Below, in pieces: positions 57,541 through 64,000 of a stretch of 64,000 nucleotides of DNA (position 1 is the first letter of the stretch; each line of letters begins with the position of its first letter). The DNA comes from Trueperaceae bacterium (GTDB lineage Bacteria > Deinococcota > Deinococci > Deinococcales > Trueperaceae). Under the pieces are notes generated by a model that saw only the letters and a list, made by a program, of their open reading frames with translations, was not told the DNA's origin and made no database searches. The position numbers were made by a program, and so were the translations under genes. The stretch is taken from NCBI GenBank assembly GCA_034520945.1, contig JAXHNB010000006.1:648180-712179 (forward strand), in the 5' to 3' direction.

Positions 57541-57554
57541 TATCATAAGTGATA
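57541..57554. promoter_or_regulatory. AT-rich palindrome TATCA-taag-TGATA
   Basis: A conspicuous AT-rich dyad 11 nt upstream of the NTase-like gene start, in the divergent region with the antitoxin gene at 57675. Confidence 0.35.
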
Positions 57555-57674
57555 CATGGCCGCGTAGGCATGCGCGCGACGGCCTTCGAGTCCGCTCGAT
57601 CCCTCCGCGCTGCTCCGGTCCTGGGCAGCGCCGAACGACATCTCGCGTGCCGGGAGTGCATGCATGATGCAGGC

Positions 57675-57911
57675 ATGCCCAAATCGATCACCATCCGTGA
57701 TGTGCCCGACGACGTCAGCGAGGAACTCGCGGCGCGTGCTTCGCGATCGGGAACGTCGCTGCAGGCGTATCTTCGCGCTGAACTGATCGCGACGGCGCGT
57801 CGGCAGGAGCTCGATGTGGTGTTGGGCCGTGCCCGGGAGCGCGTGGAGCGGATGGGCAGCTCCCTACCTCGTGACACGATCCTGGGTCACATCGAGAAGG
57901 ATCGGCGCTGA
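57675..57911 (+). CDS. vapB: FitA/VapB-type RHH antitoxin
   Basis: MPKSITIRDVPDDVSEELAARASRSGTSLQAYLRAELI. Confidence 0.7.
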   Translation: MPKSITIRDVPDDVSEELAARASRSGTSLQAYLRAELIATARRQELDVVLGRARERVERMGSSLPRDTILGHIEKDRR

Positions 57912-58306
57912 GACGCGTAGTCGACGCCTCTGTGACAGTTGCTGCGCTGGTGGACAGCGGTAGCGACGGATCCTGGGCTGCTGAATCGCTCGCGGAGAGC
58001 GCGTTGATTGCGCCGCACCTCATGCCCGTCGAAGTTGCGAACGTATTGCGCCGGGCGCTTCGACGCGGTGAACTCGATTCGGCTTCGGCTGCCGACGCGT
58101 ACCAGGACTTGTTGACCCTTCCCGTCGCATTGCTGGCGTTCGGGCCGTTCGCCGAGCGCGTTTGGACGTTGAGGTCGACGCTCAGCGCATACGACGCCTG
58201 GTACGTCGCGATGGCTGAAGCATTGAACGTCGAGCTGCTCACCTTGGACGAGCGCATCCGGAGGGCCCCAGGTGTCCGCTGTGACGTGCTTAGCCCGGGG
58301 CATTGA
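57908..58306 (+). CDS. vapC: PIN-domain toxin VapC (start codon unresolved)
   Basis: The conserved opening RRVVDASV lies upstream of the track start (GTG 57932). The only in-frame option is CTG 57908, which overlaps the antitoxin stop. Confidence 0.65.
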   Translation: MRRVVDASVTVAALVDSGSDGSWAAESLAESALIAPHLMPVEVANVLRRALRRGELDSASAADAYQDLLTLPVALLAFGPFAERVWTLRSTLSAYDAWYVAMAEALNVELLTLDERIRRAPGVRCDVLSPGH

Positions 58307-58375
58307 ACGCGATACCGTGCCGCGTTCGGATCTGGACGTGGGCGCAATGGCCCACGCTGCCCAGCGTTCGCCCCG

Positions 58376-58858
58376 TCAGCCCTCCGCCGCGCGAATGGGC
58401 CAAGCCACGTCGCACGCGGGATCGTCGGGGTTCGCGGCGCTCCAGTCGGTGACGTACACCTCGCGCGGGGCGCCGCTGGAGGTCGCGCCGGTGCGCGTCA
58501 GGTACTCCTCCAGCGCCTGGTACGCCTCGAGGATGCCGGGGTAGGCCACCTGCGCCTTGGTGAGGCGAACGTACGCCTCTTGCGCGGCGGGTTCGACCCG
58601 TACTCGGACGTCGTCTTCGCCCTCGAGCGTCCCGTCGATCGGCACGCACACCTCGACGGGCCCGTCGGCCTCGGCGTCTACCGGTCCGTAGTACGCCACG
58701 AACGGTGCGCCGGCCGGGGATAGGCCCGCGACGCTCAGGACGTCCAACAGCCGGTGCAGGTGGGTTTGGATGAAGTCGGGCAGCGCTTCGGCGGTGGTGT
58801 GCCCCTCGATCGTGGCGACCGTGCGTTCCGGGACGTGGCGGGTGTGAACTTCGTTCAT
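58376..58858 (-). CDS. GyrI-like small-molecule-binding protein
   Basis: MNEVHTRHVPERTVATIEGHTT...GAPFVAYYGPV...EVCVPI...REVY. Confidence 0.7.
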   Translation of the reverse strand: MNEVHTRHVPERTVATIEGHTTAEALPDFIQTHLHRLLDVLSVAGLSPAGAPFVAYYGPVDAEADGPVEVCVPIDGTLEGEDDVRVRVEPAAQEAYVRLTKAQVAYPGILEAYQALEEYLTRTGATSSGAPREVYVTDWSAANPDDPACDVAWPIRAAEG

Positions 58859-58883
58859 GTCGTGAGCATGCCATGCGTGGGCG

Positions 58884-59171
58884 GTGACCCCCGTGTGCAG
58901 GGTCGAGGGTCGCGACGTGGATCCGCTGGACCTCGCCGCCGCGCTCACGGCAGCGTCGGGCCGCGAGGTCCAGGTGCTGATACTCGGGGACGACGTCGGC
59001 GTGCCGTTGCTCGAAGAGCTCGTTCGGGACGGAACCGTGCTCGTGGAGGGCGTGCCGGGTGCGGCGGCGTCGTGGCGCACGCGCGCCCTGGTGACGCTGG
59101 AGACCGATCGCCCTTGGTACGGGCGCATGCGCGATGCATACCTCAGGCGCCTGGCGGAACGGGGCACGTGA
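58884..59171 (+). pseudogene. 5'-truncated MNT-type nucleotidyltransferase antitoxin
   Basis: GRDVDPLDLAAALTAASGREVQVLILGDD...ELVRDGTVLVE resembles the C-terminal two-thirds of MNT. The GS-motif region is missing (in-frame stop at 58863). Confidence 0.4.
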
Positions 59172-59350
59172 TGGTCAACCGGGACTTGGTGGCGGCCAAG
59201 CTATCGGAAGCGAAGGTGCATGTCGACCGGGTTCGGGCACATCTTCCGCCCAGCGCCGAGGAGCTTCGCCGTGACCGCGACGCACTCGTCGCCGCGTCGA
59301 AGCCGCAGGCGTCCGTCATCTGCCGCGCGACCGAACGAACGCTGCGCACG
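59171..59350 (+). pseudogene. 3'-truncated HepT/DUF86-like toxin fragment
   Basis: MVNRDLVAAKLSEAKVHVDRVRAHLPPSAEELRRDRDALVAA opens like HepT. ATGA overlap with MNT. Cut by the end of the converging large gene. Confidence 0.3.
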
Positions 59351-59353
59351 CGG

Positions 59354-62300
59354 TCACGCCACGTCGGGCGGGTCGTCCGGGGCGGCATCTTGGCCGACCC
59401 ACGCGACGGCGTCCAGCACGCTACTCCGAGTACCCTCCTGCCACGCTGCCCTGAATCGGGCCGGGGCGAGCTGCGACCGCGTGGCCTCCACGTCACGGGT
59501 GTGGACCTCGCCCTCCTCGCCGGTACGGACCAGGCCGTACCGCTCCAGGACGGCCGTTTCGACGCCCCACAGCCGCGCTGCGACCTCGGGGCGTTCCTCC
59601 AAGGTGGCCAAGCTGGCCAGCGCCCACAACGAATCGACGGTGCGCCCCTCCTCGCCGAGGGCCACCCAGCGTTGGACCGTTTCCAGGAATGCGCGCCTTG
59701 CCTCGTCCAGCTTGCCGCGCTTGCGGGCCACCAGCCCCAGGTCGAAGGTAACGTCGGCCACCCCGCGGGCATCCCCCATGTCGAGGTACATCTGCAGCGC
59801 CTCGTGGTAGCTTCGCTCCGCGCCAAGCAAGTCGTTTCGTTCCTGCATCACCCCCGCCAGCATGTGGAGGGCGGTCGCGACGCCCCACCTGTCGCCGATC
59901 TCGCCGTCTCGTTCCAACGCCTGCTCCATGTGGCTCCGGGCGGCGTCCAGATCGCCCAACTGCCACGCTACGAGCCCCAGGTTGTGGTGGCTGGTGGCGA
60001 TGCTCGTCGCTGCCTCGTCTCGGTGCCCGCTGTCGAGGACACGCCCGTAGTGCGCCCGTGCCTCGTCGAAGTCGCCACGCAGGCGCGCGACCTCGCCCAG
60101 GCCCGTGAGCGCCCCACGCTCCCCGTTGATGTCGCCTCGTTGGCGTGCCCGTGAAAGGGTTTCGCTGAAGTACGCCTCGGCCTCGTCCAAGCGGCGCTGC
60201 TCGATGGCGACGTTGCCGAGCGTCTGGACGGCACGCAGCTCGGCCTCGTCGTCGCTGACGGAAGCCGCGGCGGCGCGGGCCGCCTGCAGGTCATCGCGGG
60301 CCGCCTCGTGATCGCCGAGGCGATAGGCCATGGCGCCCGCCACGTGCAGTGCTCGCGACCGCCCATGCTCCGCGCGACCGTCCGCGGAAGCAAGCCCCGC
60401 CAGGGCTTGGGTGCGGCCCTCCGCGAAGCGGCCGCTGAAGCGCCAGCGATGCCACTGTGCGTCCACCAGGTCGAGGGCGAGCTGCGGGTCGTGTTCCCGG
60501 CCGTACGCTCCCGCTGCGGTGAGGTTGGCCGCCTCGAGGTCGAACCACCTCTGCGCCTCGTGCTGACGGGGCCCGTAGTACGCCGCGCTCCACGCGCGGG
60601 CACGATTCAGGAAATGCGCCGCGTGGCGCGCGGCCAACGCCGCGGCGAGGTCCTCCTCTTCTTCGAGTCGCTCGACGGCGTAGGTCCGTACCAGCGGGTG
60701 TACGGCGAAGCGCCCATCGTCCCACCTCGAAATGAGCGAGGCGCCGATCAGTGCCTCCAACGTGTCCGCGTCAGCGCCGGCGACGTCATGGGCCGAAGCC
60801 GCGTCGAAGCCGCCGTGGAACACCGCCAGCCGACGCAAGGCCTCGCGCTGCGTCTCCGACAACCGTGTCCAGGAGGCGTCGAAGCTGGCCCGCAGGGTGA
60901 GGTGCCGCTCAGGCCGGTTTCGCGACGTGGCGGCGAGCGCATCCATCGACGCCTTCAGCGATGCCTCCGCGTCGACGGCCGAGCCGTCCCGCAACAGGAA
61001 CGCTGCCAGCTCGATGCCCAAGGGCACGCCGTCCACCAACCGGCACATCCTGGCGATCGCTTTGCGCTCTAGCGCGTCCGGCGCGTAATCCAGGCGCACA
61101 CGCTTGGCGCGGTCCAGGAACAGGTGGACCGCATCACCGTCGGTGTCCGGCTTCGAATCGTCTTGGGGCACCGGCAGGCCCTCAAGCGGGAACACCGACT
61201 CCTCCTCCAGGTCCAGGCGGACGCGCGAGGTCGCCACGATCCGGGCGGCCGGGCAGCACGCCAGGAGGCGTGCCAGGGTGGGGGCGTCCTCCACCAGGTC
61301 GTCGACGTTGTCGAGAACCCACAGGACGCGTCGCTGGCCCACCGTGCGAGCAAGGGCGTCCTCGTCCGTTTCGTGTGGCGCGGGAACGACCCCCATGGCG
61401 TTGGCCACGGCGGCCGCTACGGCGGCGCCGTCGCTCACGTCCTCCAGCGAGACGAAGTGCACCCCGGCCTCGAAGGTGCCGCGACTGGCCACGTCGTGTG
61501 CGAGGGCCAGGGCGAGGCGGGTCTTGCCGACCCCTCCGAGGCCAAGCAGCGTGAGAAGGGGATGGTCGTCGCGCGCCAAGATGCGGCCCAGTTCCAGTCG
61601 TTCCACGTCGCGCCCCACGAACGAGGTGGGTGCGCGCGGCAGGATCACCGGAGTCCGCGCGGCCCGTAGCGACGCCCGTGCGCGGGCGCGGCCGGGTACC
61701 AACTCCAAGCCGAACTCGGCGGCCTCGTCGCGCACGCTTCGGGCCTCGTCGGAATCGCCGGCCACGAGCACGGCGTGCAGGCGCTCCAGCAGCTCGGGCG
61801 GGGCCGGCGGTGCCCCGGCGATCCGGCGGGCGCGTTCGGCCAGGCCAACACCGTTGCGGTAGCGGCCAGCTGCTGCCTCACCTTCGGCCCCGTCGACCAC
61901 CAGCGTGCGAATCCGCCCGGCCAACCCTTCGCGGCGTTGCAAGATCCAGGACTCCAGCTCGGTGCCCAGTGGGGGAAGGCCGCTCCCGTCGAGGAATGCA
62001 CCTTCGTAGCGCGCCAGGACCTCCTCGTGGTCGCATCGCGCCAAGGCTTCCTCCACGAGCGCCACGTCCGTTTGCAGCCGACTCCGAAGGGTAGCGCCTT
62101 CGGCATGGACGGCGTCCGGTGCGGCAGCCCGCACGCGGCGGAGGGTCACCGCGAGGCGATTGAGGGGGTTCGTCGCGTCGGGCCAGAACAGCCGAGACAG
62201 GCGCTCGCGCGGTTGCGGTCCCTCGAGCGCCAGGTACGACAGAAGCAGGAGAGGCTTGTAGCGACGGAAGTCGCTGCCTTCCAGCGCCAGGTCGCCGAGC

Positions 62301-62392
62301 ATTCGAAGGATCACACGTTGAAGGGTACCAAGCATGCGCCCCAGAACGCGCGCCTGGCGGGATCCAACGTCTTTGCCGCTTCCGTTGGACAT
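59354..62392 (-). CDS. SARP (wHTH + BTAD) - NB-ARC ATPase - TPR regulator (AfsR-like STAND protein)
   Basis: 1012 aa, intact. BTAD EEVLARYEGAFLDG, Walker A GLGGVGKTRLA, Walker B VLWVLDNVDD, then about 10 TPR-like repeats. Confidence 0.85.
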   Translation of the reverse strand: MSNGSGKDVGSRQARVLGRMLGTLQRVILRMLGDLALEGSDFRRYKPLLLLSYLALEGPQPRERLSRLFWPDATNPLNRLAVTLRRVRAAAPDAVHAEGATLRSRLQTDVALVEEALARCDHEEVLARYEGAFLDGSGLPPLGTELESWILQRREGLAGRIRTLVVDGAEGEAAAGRYRNGVGLAERARRIAGAPPAPPELLERLHAVLVAGDSDEARSVRDEAAEFGLELVPGRARARASLRAARTPVILPRAPTSFVGRDVERLELGRILARDDHPLLTLLGLGGVGKTRLALALAHDVASRGTFEAGVHFVSLEDVSDGAAVAAAVANAMGVVPAPHETDEDALARTVGQRRVLWVLDNVDDLVEDAPTLARLLACCPAARIVATSRVRLDLEEESVFPLEGLPVPQDDSKPDTDGDAVHLFLDRAKRVRLDYAPDALERKAIARMCRLVDGVPLGIELAAFLLRDGSAVDAEASLKASMDALAATSRNRPERHLTLRASFDASWTRLSETQREALRRLAVFHGGFDAASAHDVAGADADTLEALIGASLISRWDDGRFAVHPLVRTYAVERLEEEEDLAAALAARHAAHFLNRARAWSAAYYGPRQHEAQRWFDLEAANLTAAGAYGREHDPQLALDLVDAQWHRWRFSGRFAEGRTQALAGLASADGRAEHGRSRALHVAGAMAYRLGDHEAARDDLQAARAAAASVSDDEAELRAVQTLGNVAIEQRRLDEAEAYFSETLSRARQRGDINGERGALTGLGEVARLRGDFDEARAHYGRVLDSGHRDEAATSIATSHHNLGLVAWQLGDLDAARSHMEQALERDGEIGDRWGVATALHMLAGVMQERNDLLGAERSYHEALQMYLDMGDARGVADVTFDLGLVARKRGKLDEARRAFLETVQRWVALGEEGRTVDSLWALASLATLEERPEVAARLWGVETAVLERYGLVRTGEEGEVHTRDVEATRSQLAPARFRAAWQEGTRSSVLDAVAWVGQDAAPDDPPDVA

Positions 62393-62403
62393 GCAGCGGA
62401 CAC

Positions 62404-62465
62404 GGTTCGATTGTCAGTGTGGCCGGAAGGCGTGAGGTTCGATCGTGGCACATGGCTTCGATCGT
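62404..62465. promoter_or_regulatory. three direct repeats G(G/C)TTCGAT(T/C)GT in the divergent promoter region
   Basis: ggttcgattgt (62404), ggttcgatcgt (62436), gcttcgatcgt (62455). The last ends 30 nt before the lipoprotein ATG. Confidence 0.3.
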
Positions 62466-62494
62466 CTCCGCGTGCCAGCCTCGGAGGTTCCCCG

Positions 62495-63292
62495 ATGACC
62501 CAGACACCCACACCGCCCCGTTCGGCCGAGCGGGACACAGTCGCAACGCACCCCTCACCCCGGCAGCGGGGCGTGCTGATTCGAGGCGCCGCGATCACGG
62601 TCCTCTGCATCGCCCTGGCCGCCTGCAGCGACGTCGCCTCGCAACGGGGCGGGCTCACCGTCGAGGTGACCGGACTGCCTTCGGAGGCGGTGGCTGACGT
62701 CACCGTGCACGGAGCGTCGGGGGATCCCCTTCCCGTCGCCGGGTCGGGCCTCGTGGCGAACGCCGCGGAGGGTACCTACACCGTACGCGCTGCGCCCGTT
62801 CATGTCGACGACGTCACCTATCACGCCGAGCCTGCTGAACAGCGCGTGAGGGTCGAGGACGGCGATCGCACCACGGCGCGCATCAGCTACGCTCCTTCGA
62901 GTGCCGTGGAACCTTCGGAGCGTGACGACACCGACATGAACGCGGCCGGGGTGACGCGCGGCGAGATGCTGCAGGGCGTGCTGTGGACCGACCGCGACGG
63001 CGATGGGCGCTTCGGGCGCGGCGACACCGTCGCTCCGGACGCGAGGGTCTACCTCGACCTCGACGGCAACGAACGCCGCGACGAGGGCGAGCCGAGCGTC
63101 CGCACCGACGGAGCGGGACAGTACCGCTTCGAGGATCTGACGCCGGGCACGAACTTCGTCGTACGGCACCAGGCCGCGGACGACGAGGACGGTGGGTTGG
63201 GGTCGGCCGCGGCCGATCGCGCCAGTGGTGGCGGTGCGACGCACCACGTGTGGTTCGGCGCGGCCCTCCCGGCTGCAGGGGACGCGCGATGA
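62495..63292 (+). CDS. lipoprotein with an SdrD/Cna-B-like domain
   Basis: GGAGG 8 nt upstream; lipobox IALAAC; WTDRDGDGRFGRGD...DLDGNERRDEGEPSVRTDGAGQYRFEDL. Confidence 0.65.
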   Translation: MTQTPTPPRSAERDTVATHPSPRQRGVLIRGAAITVLCIALAACSDVASQRGGLTVEVTGLPSEAVADVTVHGASGDPLPVAGSGLVANAAEGTYTVRAAPVHVDDVTYHAEPAEQRVRVEDGDRTTARISYAPSSAVEPSERDDTDMNAAGVTRGEMLQGVLWTDRDGDGRFGRGDTVAPDARVYLDLDGNERRDEGEPSVRTDGAGQYRFEDLTPGTNFVVRHQAADDEDGGLGSAAADRASGGGATHHVWFGAALPAAGDAR

Positions 63293-64000
63293 GCGCGGCT
63301 CGCCTCCTGGCACCCTTCGGGCTGCTCCTCGTCCTTGTCCTTGGTGCCTGCGCGCAGGACGGCGCGACCCGAGGTATGCGCGTGCAGGCCGAACCCGGCC
63401 CCGGCCACGTGACCGTCACCTGGCAGGGCGTGCCCCAGGACCACACCGAGATCGACGTCGCCCGCGTGGCACTCTCCGACCAAGGCGCCCCACTCGAGGC
63501 ACCACGCGTCGTCGCCGAACTCGATGCCGGCGCCGTTTCCTACCGCGATGAGGACGTCGAACCCGAGCGCAGCTACGCCTACACCGTCACGGCGCACTTG
63601 GAAGACGGCACCACGCGAACCGCGCGGCAGGAGGGGGCGACCCGCGCCATCGAGCCGCTGGTCGTCGTCCGCGCCGAGGCCGTGGCAGGAGATCACGTCA
63701 TGGTCGTTCTGAACAAGCCCGTCGAGGCGCAGGACGCACTGACGCTGGGGAACTACGCCCTCGAGCCGGAGGTGGAGATCGTGGACGCCACGCTCAGCGA
63801 GCACGGCACCGAGGTCGACCTGAAGACCGCACCCTTGGAAGAGACCGAGTACACGCTCACCGTCCGCGACCTACGCGACGCAGAGGGGTACGAGCTGCTG
63901 CCGGGGCACGGCGAGGCAACGTTCACGGGGAAGCGCCTCGACAGCGACAGGGACGGACTCCATGACGAACAAGAGGGCGCCGGTTGGACCGTGGCGGTGA
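63289..64000 (+). CDS. lipoprotein with Fn3/Ig-like repeats (3' end outside the window)
   Basis: ATGA overlap with the upstream gene. My translation gives MSAARLLAPFGLLLVLVLGAC (lipobox), then beta-rich repeats. Open to the window end. Confidence 0.55.
   Translation, partial: MSAARLLAPFGLLLVLVLGACAQDGATRGMRVQAEPGPGHVTVTWQGVPQDHTEIDVARVALSDQGAPLEAPRVVAELDAGAVSYRDEDVEPERSYAYTVTAHLEDGTTRTARQEGATRAIEPLVVVRAEAVAGDHVMVVLNKPVEAQDALTLGNYALEPEVEIVDATLSEHGTEVDLKTAPLEETEYTLTVRDLRDAEGYELLPGHGEATFTGKRLDSDRDGLHDEQEGAGWTVAV

Noticed and set aside
58754-60154. 466-aa plus-strand ORF.
   Set aside because: Apart from the short HepT-like opening at 59171, it is antisense to the STAND gene and has low-complexity composition.
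59354-62392. The STAND NTPase as an Avs-type antiviral sensor.
   Set aside because: The N-terminal domain is a SARP DNA-binding module rather than a nuclease, protease or TIR effector. This architecture is that of AfsR-like transcription regulators.

Overview
This is a GC-rich bacterial chromosomal window, roughly two-thirds G+C by eye. Several features point to Deinococcus-Thermus: a FrnE-type DsbA with a C-terminal CxxxxC tail, a LitR/CarH-like B12 regulator, a long PstA, and promoters that look leaderless. This lineage call is an inference, not a proven assignment.

Layout:
- 1-720: 3' end of an RNA methyltransferase gene, then a tRNA-Ser/Ser/Arg cluster with a textbook promoter.
- 0.9-8 kb: an MFS gene and a HutC/GntR-controlled sugar ABC/ROK-kinase operon with a dre-like operator.
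- 8-24 kb: accessory genes. These include toxin-antitoxin (TA) modules, SHOCT proteins, MarR, DinB and an IS3 element. There are also three small operons of redox/NO-associated domains that share one palindromic box.
- 24-35 kb: an acid-sugar catabolic island. dgoK-dgoA-dgoD and tctBA are intact, but about five neighbouring genes are shredded by frameshifts.
- 35-44 kb: a toxin-antitoxin and gene-remnant graveyard, including a HEPN-CBS fusion and an intact RES-Xre pair.
- 44.6-51.2 kb: an intact Pho regulon block (phoR, phoB, phoU, pstBACS).
- 51.3-56.2 kb: a CDP-alcohol transferase/TVP38/FAD-oxidoreductase operon and an ABC-2 exporter.
- 56.3-64 kb: an AbiEii-like nucleotidyltransferase (NTase) plus HTH pair, vapBC, MNT/HepT remnants, a 1012-aa SARP-NB-ARC-TPR regulator, and two lipoprotein genes.

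No rRNA genes, CRISPR array or prophage were seen.

The best candidate for something undescribed is the three-promoter wTGAC-N4-GTCAw regulon of DUF542/DUF2249/DUF1858/DUF59/flavodoxin/His-motif membrane proteins. The reverse-order NTase-HTH pair and the HEPN-CBS fusion come next.

Caveats: all calls come from reading the ORF track and the sequence by eye. Domain names are pattern recognition, not database hits. Hand-derived coordinates for starts and motifs may be off by 1-2 nt. Genes split across frames are typed pseudogene, but assembly indels cannot be excluded.
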